Shown in pieces: positions 18,680 through 30,700 of a stretch of DNA of 55,655 nt. The translations under genes and the position numbers were made by a program. Under the pieces are notes generated by a model. That model was given only the letters and a program-made list of their open reading frames with translations. It did not search any database and was not told the DNA's origin. Location of the stretch: positions 1 to 55,655 of the forward strand of contig JAHBMJ010000117.1 in the NCBI GenBank assembly GCA_018398765.1. Direction: 5' to 3'. This DNA is from Chromera velia. Lineage: Eukaryota. Numbering within the stretch: the first letter of the stretch is position 1; each line of letters opens with the position of its first letter.

Positions 18680-19528
18680 AAACTTTCTCATTCATCTAAC
18701 ACATTCATTCACATCCATTTCAATATTCCTCTGTGTAAACATACTTTATTCAGCAATAAATTCATATTATATTTTTCAAACATATAAAATATATCAATCA
18801 AACTATTAAATACAAATTTCGAGACAACATCTCACTATTTTTTCAATACACACTTAAGTTAATATGCAAATTTTTTATACAAAAAATTTTTTCTTTACTT
18901 TATATAAATTTAAATTCGATTTATTTTTTCATCATTTTTATAGTTTTTTCGTTTTTTTTTAATTTTGGGTACTCAACTAGGGACGCTTTGCTCCAACACT
19001 GTGATACATTGTGAGTGGATCTCACTTCTGAATCAAACACGTTTTCTACACCTGCTTCTTCAAAACGCTGTGGTCTCTGACTTTTCTCTGCCGCTCTCTA
19101 CCTAACCAAAAATTCACCCTTCCCCCCCATACCCATTGGCACCTCCAGGCACCTCCCACAGGAAACTGACTCAACTTCACATTTTGTTCCGATATGGCCT
19201 TTGTCTCTCACATACGCCATTGGAACAAGCCTGCAATCAAACACAAATTACAAACATTATGCTCTGAACAAGGCCAGGAAGTGTGCCCAGCTCGGACCCT
19301 ATCCCAGTATATCGACCCGTCCTGGACTCTCACCGATCATCGACTGCGTCCGCTCACGAGCTGACAGCCTCCCAGACAGGCGCACCGGACATCACTTCTG
19401 AAATAACCATACAATCTGGTACATGTAGGCCGAGCAAAAGGCAAAACGCAGAGTTAAGAGAGTCACGCGCGTCCTTTCGGTGCACAGCATAAGTGAACAA
19501 ACTCACCTCAATTGTGCAGTCTCCTCGC

Positions 19529-20353
19529 CTACCGGTGTGCTGCAGTCTCCTCGCCTACTGGTGCGCTGCCAGCACTGCCAGACTCTTCCTGTCGGCTGTC
19601 ACGGCCCTCATCCTCGGTGCCCCCCCCCCCCCCCNCCCCCCTCCCCTCACCCTCAACCGAAGACTCAAACTCACGCTTCACACCTCGGGGTTGCAGAACG
19701 GGGGTACGCTCGACGTCTTGAGTCAACAAAACTGGTGAGGTGCCCTCACCTATCCTTCCTTCACTTTGAAACAAACTCTCTCCTCCACCGCCCAAAACAT
19801 CTTCCAGGTCCTCCACATTCACAGTCACTGTGCCAGTCAGGTCTGTGGGAGCTCCCACAGGAACGGCAGGAGCCGCATCCACTGGAAGCACCGGAGGAAG
19901 ACTCTGAGCTGGTCTCACAGTAGGACGCATGGGGACAGGATCTCTTGGGACGCTATATTTGTTGCTCTTCAGCTCTGAAAGGTACACAGCCATCTCCGCA
20001 AACACAGCGTTAACGGATCTGTAAAAGTGAATTTTCAAACCTGTCATGCAATTCCCTGGCACACAGTTCCGCACAAGTTTGAAGACAATCCCCTCAGCAA
20101 TCTGTTTCTTATTAATGCCCTCCTTCTCCCCCCCCAATCTCCAGCCTGTTATGACGAAGAGAGAGAGCACAGCCCGAGCCGGCAGAGTCTTTGTGTTTTC
20201 TAGCCTGTTGTGGTTCAGAAACAGCACTTGTTTATTGATGTACTTGACCAGGAACGGGGTGGCAGTGAATTTGAAGAGTTCAACATACCATTTGCCAGTT
20301 ACTAGAAGATAAGTGGCCTTCTTGGCCCATCTACGCGTAGGCGGAACGCTCAT
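19529..20353 (-). CDS. Helitron cargo gene 1, hypothetical protein (first exon; may continue by splicing toward ~18975)
   Basis: 274-codon ATG-initiated ORF with a complex N-terminal ~135 aa and an acidic/Gly/Pro tail. GTGAGT donor near 19505. CCAAT-like boxes upstream at 20457-20475. No recognisable domain. Confidence 0.55.
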   Translation of the reverse strand: MSVPPTRRWAKKATYLLVTGKWYVELFKFTATPFLVKYINKQVLFLNHNRLENTKTLPARAVLSLFVITGWRLGGEKEGINKKQIAEGIVFKLVRNCVPGNCMTGLKIHFYRSVNAVFAEMAVYLSELKSNKYSVPRDPVPMRPTVRPAQSLPPVLPVDAAPAVPVGAPTDLTGTVTVNVEDLEDVLGGGGESLFQSEGRIGEGTSPVLLTQDVERTPVLQPRGVKREFESSVEGEGRGXGGGGGTEDEGRDSRQEESGSAGSAPVGEETAAHR

Positions 20354-20713
20354 ATTACGGTTTCGTACTCAAAATGGTTCGCTTCCACACACAAAACAAC
20401 AATAATATAGCAATGAGGCCGCCCTCGCCTCTGGTATTCGATCAATGCAAATGCGACCCAATCAGAACCAATAAAAACCAACCACATTCCTACAGGGTAT
20501 TATAACTGTCGGACTGCAACACAGCCTACACCACCCTCCAGAAGTCTCACGTGACAGACCTCAGAAAAAAGACACAAACCTATTCGACCTGCATGAAACC
20601 ATTTCCTTCAAGGAGACGGCAAAAAACAACCACAAAAACCTATCAACTTTCATCTCACCTACGCATACGTATACATGCATGGCATTGCGCTCCCACACGC
20701 TCCTAAGCATCAT

Positions 20714-20793
20714 AGGCGTACAGTCCAGTCCGTGGGACATCGGATTCATACGCGAAGCATCCCGGGTTCGATCCCAACCGGCCATCTTTTTTT
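20714..20793 (+). ncRNA. Degenerate tRNA-like / Pol III transcription unit (CAT-containing anticodon-like loop)
   Basis: D-stem GTCC/GGAC, anticodon-like arm TCGGA-TTCATAC-GCGA, perfect B-box GGTTCGATCCC, 3' GGCCA and a T7 tract (20787-20793). Acceptor and T stems pair poorly. Confidence 0.55.
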
Positions 20794-21177
20794 GACGGGC
20801 CAGCTAGTATTGTGGTGGGTCACCCGCGTTGGTATAATACGTACTGTGGCAAAGCGGGGGGCACTTGCCAAATTAACTCACGCGTGAGCGTGTCGCCTCG
20901 GGGGGCAGCTCAGCTTTGCTGGGCTCAGCCGAGAGGCCCTGTATGAGAATGCACGTACGCAGTCGCATATCGCGCTCTTCAAATTTTGGGGGGGGAGATC
21001 GATGTAACGTACGCTTAAATATGTAGTAGAAATCGGATCTCGACGTGCGTGTGTCACTGCACGTGCGTCATTTCCACTATAAGTAATCGGGTATTATTGC
21101 ATGCATCGATCGATCGACAGAATTATATTTTGGTGTTCACTCACACAAAAAAATGTGTGATCAACGCACTCCCAAGC

Positions 21178-21800
21178 GAGTGAATGGAATGAATGGAGTG
21201 AAGAAATGAGTGGAGTGAGTAAAAGAACTAGTAAAAGAATGGAGTGAGTGGAGTGAATGGAGTGAGTGGAGTGAGTGGAGTGAGTGGAGTGCGTGGAGTG
21301 AGTGGAATGAGTGGAGGGAATGGAGTGAATGGAGTGAGTGGAGTGAAGAAATGAGTGGAGTGAGTGAAGTGAGTGGAGTGAGTGGAGTGAGTGGAGTGAG
21401 TGGAGTGAATGGGGGGAATGGAATAAGTGGAGGGAGTGGAGTGAGTGGAGAGAGTGAAGTGAGTGAAGTGAGTGGAGTAAATGGAGTGAGTGGAGTGAGT
21501 GAAGTGAGTGAAGTGAGTGGAGTGAATAGGGGGGTTGGAGTGAATGGATTGGGTGGAGTAAATGGAGAGAGTTGAGTGAGTGGGGAGAAAGGAATGTGTG
21601 GAGTGAGTGGAGTGAGTGAGTAACTGGAGATAGAGAAATGAGGGCATGGAGACGGCCAGTGAATGGAGTGAGGGAACTGAGTGGAAAGAGTGGAAGGAGA
21701 CACTGGTAGATGGTGATAGACGGTAATAGACAATGATAGACGGCCGTAGACAGCGATAGACGGTAAGTAAGTGATTGCACAAATGAGTAATAGACGGCGG
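21178..21800. repeat. Minisatellite (GGAGTGAGT)n followed by ~10-bp (GTAATAGACG)-type repeats
   Basis: 9-bp period visible at 21178-21620; ~10-bp period at ~21700-21800. Confidence 0.9.
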
Positions 21801-22644
21801 GATTATAAAGAGCTGCACAGTGAGAAAGATGGTGAGTGAGTAGATGATCCAGTGAGTGCTTGAAAACGAGCTAGAAAACGAGCAGCTGCAACGAGACAAT
21901 ACGACCACCAGAAAGATGAGCCTGCACACGAAATAAGCACCATTCAACGACATGAGCACAATACCAGTCTCCACAATTAACTGACGATTCAAAGCTGCCT
22001 TATCATTCTCCACCACGTGTTCTAAGACCCCACCGACAGCGACGCTCCGGAATGTACGTTACACAACATACCTTCACCACAGCAAATTACAGACAGCTTC
22101 CACCTGCTCCCATAAAACATAGCAGATGATGCATATGTACGTACAGACACAAGAGACGTCGCCTACCTTTGAAATGCACTTCCACCATGAGTTTTTCACA
22201 TCATGAATGCATGGACGGACACCCGATGGGTTGATATTAATGCTCACAGATTCATTCACGTACAGTGTGATTCCCTGATGGACGGATGGATGGACATACA
22301 ATATATATGAATATAATAAACGATACATGCATGCACTCTCATCTCATTCTTCCATGCACCTTTCTACCAGATCTTCACACTCCTAAACAGCTTGGATCAG
22401 CTTGGTTCGCACTCGAACTCCTGAGAATATAAAACACCGTTCTTCCACCCGACAGATATCGTCCAGAAACTGCAAAACTCCCGATCTAGCTCCCGACTCT
22501 ACTTACATCTGAAGGTTTATTCCTTTTTATTATCATCTGACCGTAACTGACCTGCACTCTAACTTACATTGAGAGTCCACCATTTCTACCTCGAAGATTA
22601 CCATTAATTTCTCAAAGAGGACTGGTGACTCCTCGACTACTGCC

Positions 22645-23382
22645 ATGCAACCGCAAGTGGTGCAGGCTTTGTGCACCTGCGCCCCTCCAGGGCAGAGCCC
22701 CTACCATCTGGTTGTCAATCGACGGGACCTGGCGAACGTTGTTCAACCCTTTTACGACGATAAGTACTCGTATGCTATGGGAGGTACCATCGAAAACCGG
22801 GGCTACGAGCTCACGTGGAATGTCCATCGCCCATCCGCTCAGGATGTTAAGCAGGCTAATCTCATCAGGGCCCTCCGTCTCCTCCCAAACGAGTTCAAGC
22901 CCGCCACGGATACCACCTACGTCCGCGACCCCACTTTGAACCACATCGTACCGTCGAATCTTAGCGAGTCTGGGGTTCACTTAATGATCGATCTTGATGC
23001 CGTGACTGACATGATTGATACCGCCCTTGAGAATCTCGCCATCTCCCCCTTTGGCAATGGCCGGGAGAAGTTCTACGACCTCACACCTCTGCTTACATAC
23101 CACGTGTGCAACAAGTCATGCGTTCTGTGGAAGCGAACCGATACTTGAATTTTTTTCGAATGCCCCAGTATGATTTCCAATCGCACATTGTCCAACGGCA
23201 CCCACCTTACGGACCTATGCCCCCTAGAGGGCTTGACCATAAACCTGACCACCTACCTGACCATAATCAACGCGATCAAGTACGTGCGGGTCACTAACGT
23301 GTCGAGCACCAACCATACAGTCTTCAACTCCATCACCGTTGTCAACGAGATTGACTTGGATGCGCAGCAGGACTCTGAATGA
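22645..23382 (+). pseudogene. Helitron cargo gene 2, ~245-aa hypothetical protein with one internal stop
   Basis: ORFs 22645-23148 and 23170-23382 are in the same frame, separated only by TGA at 23146-23148 (probably CGA>TGA). Complex, non-repetitive protein sequence. Confidence 0.65.
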
Positions 23383-24682
23383 GCGAGTTTAAAACACTCT
23401 GAAGTCGTTAAACATGCATGCGGTCGCCGATGCACATCAACGGGCCTTCTGTACTCATTCAGAATTTACCACTCATGCATGCATATATATATCAGACTGT
23501 TCGATACCCTCCACATATCTCGAAAACATGGATTCATGCAATCCTGGTGCAAACTTTACAGCTTCAGCTCTCAAAAAATCTCTTCAGTCCTGTTGTGCAT
23601 TCTTTGCGAAAAAAATGATCATATGACAGAGAAAATACTTCAAACCGCTCACTGAAACTCACGCAATCATTAGGCATAAGGAGGGTTTCATTCATTCTAT
23701 CAGTACATGGAGCCATGCATGCATGCATATGTAGTTCTACTGACTTCTACTGCTCATACAGCGTTCACATAATTGAAATTCCTTCCACTGAAACACTTGT
23801 TCCTGGCTTTATACGGATCTACTATTCACCGATATGTACTACAAATGAACTAAAATCATAGCGGTGCATTCGATCCTGCAATATAAATCACAATGATCAT
23901 GCGTGTATGTTTTTTTCGTGATTTATCATACCTAACTTATCCTGGTTATCATACGGTCTTACTCCAAGTCAATCATACATTCTTTCAATGTTCTACACCA
24001 TAGAAACAATTGATTTCTTTACATAATTCAATTTTTTGAATAAACATTTATCTTTTACTAGATTCTTTATTATAATTCCTTTTTGAATGAATGATATAAA
24101 AAAAAATTAAACTTATACGTATCTCTAAACTAGTCTCTAGACTGTAGTTCACATGTACACTCAATGTTTATTTCAGAATTATGTAAAAAACATCAATCTA
24201 TTTCACTTCTTTCACATATAACATTATTCCCTGAAAATTTCAGTGAAAATCTCTAACCCTAGTAAATATGAAGTTAATATTCATGTACATGATACTTTTA
24301 TATGTCATACTTATAAAATCTTGTATATGCATATATATGCTCTAATTTTTGTATTCCTATAGTACTTTTTTTCAAGTACAACAAGATATTAAATAGTAGA
24401 AGTTAGAGGCGATATGAGGTGCAGACTTCTCTTCTACAACAGTATATCCCTTCTCCTACGCATAGTTCATTGTATAATGATTTCTTATTTCACTATATTT
24501 TACTAACATACACTTTACTACGACTACATTTAACTGTATGATTCAAATTCATCATATCAACCTGCTTTTAATAATTTTGTTCACCCTTGAAGGTTCGATT
24601 TCATGCTTACTTAGAGCTATACCGGCGCCTGCGAGGTAGTCGCCTGCTTGCTAACAATGCCCCCAGGGCCCCCCGAGGCACT

Positions 24683-24707
24683 CACCCAACTTGTTGGGTG
24701 TATCTCG
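24683..24707 (+). terminator. Putative Helitron 3' hairpin and terminus
   Basis: 8-bp perfect stem CACCCAAC/GTTGGGTG, then TAT CTCG followed by T. It ends a GC-rich subterminal block that follows a long AT-rich tract. Confidence 0.6.
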
Positions 24708-25430
24708 TATATAATATATATAAAGAATACGTAAACTTTCCGGGGCCTTCATCCATGCATCCATATCCTTCCATTGCACGCAATCAACTTAGTCAGGCTG
24801 ATGTCACACTGACTCCCCGACAGGAGGCCATGCAGGCCCGCCCTCTAATGATATCATGTACAGCCAAATGTAGAGAGTGGGTGTGATTGCTGGAGTTTCC
24901 GAATTAATGGCAGTATCACTGGACCTCTCGCCACAGAAGCAGAGGCAGCAGACAAAACCTTGAAAAACTTATATATGTGCCGCCCTGAGTTAACACTGGC
25001 AGTTGTAGAATCAAACTGAAACGTCTGGCTAAGTGCAGGATGAAAAGAATGAAAGGAGGCTGTGGGAGATATGTAGAGAAAAGAAATCTCTTTGATCAAG
25101 GCATCAGTTACAAGTTTTGAGTTGAATAACAGATGCAAACAAAATATTTGCAGAACGAACCACAGCCAGGAAGGGTGTTGTACGCATGTTTCCCTTGCAC
25201 TTTGTGGTCGCCCTGTCTGCCGAGGAAAGACACATGATAAAGAGGGGAGAAGTAGGGACACTCTTGGTAGGAGTCTATCAGCTACCTCGTTGGTAGACCT
25301 GTTTTGTAAGGTAAAACCCTGACAGCCCGAGGATGACTCTGCGCTGTATGAAAGATTTGAAGGTGGGCTTCGACTTAGATCAGATTGAGAGCCTGCTCAC
25401 AGAGAGGGGGGCTTGCAGTCTGAGAAAAGT

Positions 25431-27765
25431 AACAGAGTGGACTCCAAAGTAGGACTTAGTGGAATTCAAAGTGACTTTTAAATTAACTATAGTCTAGCTT
25501 CATTATAAAGTAAAACTAGGTTGCTTAAAGCAATCTAGAGCCTTTTAAAGCATTTAAAATCGTTACTCCTGTGCGAATCTACTCAAATATGCTTAAAAGA
25601 TCGGTTGATTAGCTAGGGTGCATGGTGGAAAAAATTATGATCACCGCGGCACGTAGAAGTTAGTGAACATTACCTGCAAAGAAATACACAGGCACAACAC
25701 TAATGGATACGCTCAAAAGCAACGTTTAGCGCCGCCAATCAACTACAAAGAATTGCTTTTTTTGCAAAGGAGACAGTGCAGGAAGGAAGGCTTCATAGCT
25801 AGGTTGGTCAGACCGGACAGGAAGCGGTCAGTGGGGGTTTGAGAGGATTCCAAAGAACAGAGCACAGAGACAACATAATTCTTTTTACAAAGAACTCACA
25901 CTACACAGTGCAAAAGCTTGCAAATCATTCTGTATGTGTCAATGAGAAACTGTAAAAAAGAAGGACAGGTCTGTAGGTAGATCCAGATGTTCAGAGAGAG
26001 ACCAGTATGGAGTGCCACAAATGAGAAAGGATGAACGAGTAAAGAGCACTTGCATCGGAATAGTATGGACCGCTTTCAAAGACTGACATATACAGAGCAA
26101 GTGGAAGACATTCAAATGCATAAAAGCTGAGCAATTGGTCTGGGTGGAAAAATGTCTGGCACGACTGAGAGCTGTGTAAAGCTTCAGAAGAGGTGGTCAA
26201 AAAATAGAGGCTCCAGCAGACTCTCCATCGACCCTCTCTCAGTGACCTCCCTTATGCGTTTCTGTCAAGCTCCTAGCAGAACAAAGAAGCTGGATGCTAA
26301 GCAAATCATCATGCAAAACGAGAGAGCAAGCCGCGCTTCTTTAACTGACCTGCAGGTGTCCCCAAGTCTCCGTCTACCAACACTTGCAAACACGGAGGGA
26401 CGGGCGTTCACGTTTTGTGCAGTCAAGGAAGCACTTCTGTCTAGCTTATTCTGCATGCACAAGGTCCCAAAGAAAAGACCAAAAGCCTAAAAAGCAGCGG
26501 GTCCAGACAGGCTGACCTGGGGGTTGACCGCGGGGCTCCCAAGACTGTGACCTGCAAGGAAAGAGTAAGGAGAACGATGAGGGCAGCAGTACTTTAACAC
26601 CTAGATAAGGCCGGCAGCCCTTCCCCGCTTGAATAGAAGGAGCAGCAGCAAGTAGGAAGACGTTGAAAACAAGATTAAGACGGCTGCTGTCCACTGGACC
26701 CACCTGCAAGCTCCACTTCGTGCCGACCCGAGGAGACCAAGCAACACCCGTCTCCTCCAGAGCCCCGAAAGTGCACTCCCGAAAAAAAAGTTAAAACCAA
26801 GAAAACGCTCTGTCAGACATCTTCTAACACCATCAGAAGACGTCTGACAGAGCGCTTTTTATGGCAACATTTATGTGGGAAAAGTCTGTTTACTCAGGGG
26901 TTTAGGACTCCGCAGTTTTGAACCTGTGGACCTTCAACATGGATAAGAGACTTCAGACCCGATTATTGGCCGACAGAGGCAAAGTCGGCTGCGTGCGTCG
27001 AAGGAGCAGGGTGCCGCCACCCCCTCTGGCCCTGTGGCAGCGCCTCTTGAACCTACGATAAGCCCATGTCTGGACTTGGCGGCGGGGGGGTTTGACCCCC
27101 CTGGCCCAAGGTTCAGAAGTGCGGACTTCTGAACCTCGGGGGGGNNNNNNNNNNNNNNNNNNNGGGGGGGGGGGGGGGGTCTGACCCAACTCGAGGTTCC
27201 TGACCCAAAACAGTCAGGGAAGGTGTTCTGTGCCACCTTTTCACAGTTTCTCATTGACACACGCAGAACGATTTGCAAGTTTTTGCACTGTGTAGTGTGA
27301 GTTCTTTGTGAAAAGAATTATAGTATCTCTATGCTCTGTTCTTTGGAATCCTCTCAAACCCCTACTGACCGCTTCCTGTCCAGTCTGACCAGCCTAGCTA
27401 TGAAGACCTCCTTTCTGCACTGTCTTCCTTGCAGACAAAGCAATTCTTTCTAGTTGATTGGCGGCGCTAAACGTTGCTTTTGAGCGTATCCATTAGTGTT
27501 GTGCCTGTGTATTTCTTTGCAGGTAATGTTCACTAACTTCTACGTGCCGCAGTGATCATAATTTTTCCCACCATGCATCCTAGCTAATCAACCGGTCTTT
27601 TGAGCATATTTGAGCAGATTTGTACAGGAATAACGATTTTAAATGCTTTAAAAGGCTCTAGATTGCTTTAAGCAACCTAGTTTTACTTTATAATGAAGCT
27701 AGACTATAGTAAATTTAAAAGTTATTTTGAATTCCACTAAGTCCTACTTTGGAGTCCATTCTGTT
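25431..27765. mobile_element. DNA transposon with ~530-bp TIRs (AAC...GTT termini, 4-bp TSD AAGT)
   Basis: 25431-~25960 is the reverse complement of ~27237-27765. AAGT flanks both sides (25427-25430, 27766-27769). Confidence 0.9.
25961..26793 (+). pseudogene. Decayed ORF inside the long-TIR element, product unknown
   Basis: One frame reads for ~275 codons (..IGIVWTAFKD*HIQSKWKTFKC..KPKKQRVQTG*PGG*PRGS..) with only TGA/TAA stops that CGA/CAA C>T changes would explain. Repairing them gives an AT-hook-like GRPGGRPRG. Confidence 0.4.
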
Positions 27766-30700
27766 AAGTTTATGGAAGCGCTCATTCAACAAGCCAAGAT
27801 ATCAGATCATGCCTCATTGGGTGTCTGCAGGTTCTTTGTGAAGTGTTGCGGATCAGAGCACGCTGCTCAAGAGCATCCTTGTGCATCAGATCTTTGGGCA
27901 GGTCTACTAAAGAGGGTAAGGGGAGAGATAAAGAAGCTCAGAGGCTGGCTGTATGGAGGGCTGGAGGTCGGGGTAGGGGAACTCTGGGGGGGAGGTCTGT
28001 GGAGAGAGGGAGGGACCGACCCTCAATGGAAGGGCATGGGTGTTGGGGTTCTTTCTGCTTCTTGGCTGGACAGAGGAGAGGAGAGGAGGGAGGAAGGGAG
28101 GCTAGGAGCTTTGTGCGTGAATGTGATTGGACGTTTCTCTTCTTTTCTTCTCTGTGCATCTTCTTATTCTCTCTCTCCTGCTGGCATCCCTTTTTAGACA
28201 CCTCACACATGTAGTCAGTCAGAATGAATGAATAATGCCTGCATGCCTGTCGGGGAGCACATGCACGAGGGAACAGACACACCTTGAGTACGGCTTGAGG
28301 TGGTGGCAGCCTAACCTGTGGTCGAGAGAACCCCCCGGGCCCGGTCCCGTGTATGTTTCCCCTTCAGTTTCACTCCCTCGTTTGTTTCCTTCATTGGCGT
28401 GTGTCAAGTCTCCTCTTTTGATCCTGAACCCCTGCCGACTTCGCTTTGCTTTGCTTTGCTTTGCTCTGCTCGACTGACTGGCTGACTGACAGTGCATGCA
28501 GGCAGACAGGAAGGCGATATGTAGATGAGACCATGGACATGATATAAGTCTGCACGCGTCGTGAGCCAAAGTAAGCACTCTCAGGCAGGAATCGAGTGAG
28601 CTGACATCCAATCAGATGCTCCACGTTTTTTTTTGGGACCGCGCTCTCTCTCTGTCTTTCCGTTTGTCTATTCACTCACGCACATACGCGAGCACACGGA
28701 GAGTACGGCACATACCTCTGGATACGGGCAGGCGACTTCACAGGTCAAATGTCTCGAGGGTCTCTCCAGAGCCCCCCCTGAGTGCCCATCCACTGGCCTC
28801 AAAGGCCTCAAGTATACTTATACGGGTATTTGTATAAACATAAATAAACACACCCCATCCATACCACCCACGACCACCCCTCATTTGTATAGGCTTTCTC
28901 CCCTCCCTCTTCCCAGCCGATCGTTCGTTTTGTATGAGCATGTGTATAAGTGGACAAGTATAAGTGAGAAGCGATAATAAGCAAATGCATTACGCCCCTG
29001 TACATGTATGTGTATGTCATGGACCGAGTGCGTCCGTGCGTCGTTGCATTCAATTTTATCCGATGCTTCACCGACTGCCTGCAGGACGCTAGCGAGGAGT
29101 AGGAGGGAGGACGGCAGAGTAGCTGGGGCAGCTGGGTTACATGCCTCCGAACTGCAACGAGGCCGAAAGAGATGGACAAGGCTGTATAGGCATTGTGCTG
29201 AGGTGAGTGCTTACAGGGCCTGGATAGTGTATCTTGTGCGATGAAGCCTTTGTCCATATGGTCTTGTGCCGTTTTGGTACCAATGTTTTCTTTGTAACAT
29301 TCGCTGCCTCGCTGCCGGTGCGTGTATGGTACCCGCGAATAGTCCCTTCAGTTTACGGAATGGACGATAAATCAATCAGATATCATTAGTTCTTATTTCA
29401 TCGTGTCCTCTTGCCCTTCTTTCTGTTTGCAAATGAATGCAGCGTTGGTTGAGGTCTTTGCCACATCAGTGGGGAGAGTGGAGGGAGGAGCGGGAGGGCA
29501 TCTGCCGGTGGTGGCCGGGAAGAGTCTGGATCTAGGCGTACTTGGGGCTGGCAGAAGATCTGTGGAAGAGAGCGGTCAGTAAGTGCGTGAGTGAATGAGT
29601 AACTGATTGAGTGGGACCTCTTGTGTTTAAAAGAAAGAGAGCATTGTATGGTCGATGGTATGAGGTGTGTCCAGTCATGTAGGTGGGCGCCCATGCATAT
29701 CTGCCCCTCCCGCCTGCATGCCCGCAGTTCCGCCCCTTTCCCGTCGTGACTGTCACTGTCTTGAGAGACGTCAGCTGAGCGGTCTGTCTCTCTCCATGCA
29801 GCTCTGCACATCCCAGGTCGACCGCCCTCACTCAATACACGCTTGGCTTTTCTGTCAGTGTTGTACGGTCTCTCTTCTTTCCTAGCTGCATGCATGGGCT
29901 CATGCATGTTACGGCCGTTGTGGTCTTCTTCAATTTGTGTATGTTGATTCTCTAGCTGTGTGTCTTCTTTCATTCAAACTGGCTGCAGAGTGGTGTTAAA
30001 CTTCCCCCCATTGTGTTTTTAGTGCGGGGGGGCACCTGCATGGAGGGCTGGAGGTCGGAGTAGGGGAACTCTGGGGGGGAGGTCTGTAGAGAGAGGGAGG
30101 GACCGATCCTCAATGAAAGGGCGTGGGTGTTGGGGTTCTTTCTGCTTCTTGGCTGGACAGAGGAGAGGAGAGGAGGGAGGAAGGGAGGCCAGGAGCTTTG
30201 TGCGTGAATGTGTTTGGACGTTTCTCTTCTTTCCTTCTCTATGCGTCTTCTTATTCTCTCTCTCCTGCTGGCATCCTTTTTTAGACATCTCACACATGCA
30301 GTCAGTCAGAATGAATGAATGATGCCTGCATGCCTGTCGGGGAGCACATGCACGAGGGAACAGACACACCTTAAGTACGGCTTGAGGTGGTAGTAGCCTA
30401 ACCTGTGGTCGAGAGAACCCCCCGGGTCCCGTGTATGTTTCCCCTTCAGTTTCACTCCCTCGTTTGTTTTCTTCATTGGCGTGTGTCAAGTCTCCTCTTT
30501 TGATCCTGAACCCCTGCCAACTTCGCTTCGCTTTGCTTTGCTTTGCTCTGCTCGACTGACTGGCTGACTGACAGTGTATGGAGGCAGACAAGAAGGCGAC
30601 ATGTAGATGAGACCACGGACATGATATAAGTCTGCGCGCATCGTGAGCCAAAGTAAGCACTCTCAGGCAGGAATCGAGTGAGCTGACATCCAATCAGATG

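Larger units (their letters stand above)
12938..24707 (+). mobile_element. Helitron (rolling-circle transposon), ~11.8 kb, apparently full length
   Basis: 5' end A|TCTACTATATACTTAATA at 12938. Internal RepHel gene. 3' end has hairpin CACCCAAC-TT-GTTGGGTG (24683-24700) then TAT-CTCG|T. Inserted between A and T with no TSD. The 3' boundary is less certain than the 5'. Confidence 0.75.

Noticed and set aside
20714..20784. Functional tRNA-Met gene
   Set aside because: Acceptor and T stems do not pair and the anticodon arm is one base short, so it is kept only as tRNA-like.
18680..24707. Possible Fanzor/TnpB nuclease plus omega-RNA in the Helitron 3' half
   Set aside because: No RuvC D-E-D motifs or Zn-finger pattern is recognisable in either cargo ORF.
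24850..25430. Cys-containing decayed frames flanking the long-TIR element
   Set aside because: Too degenerate to assign to any transposase or gene family without a profile search.
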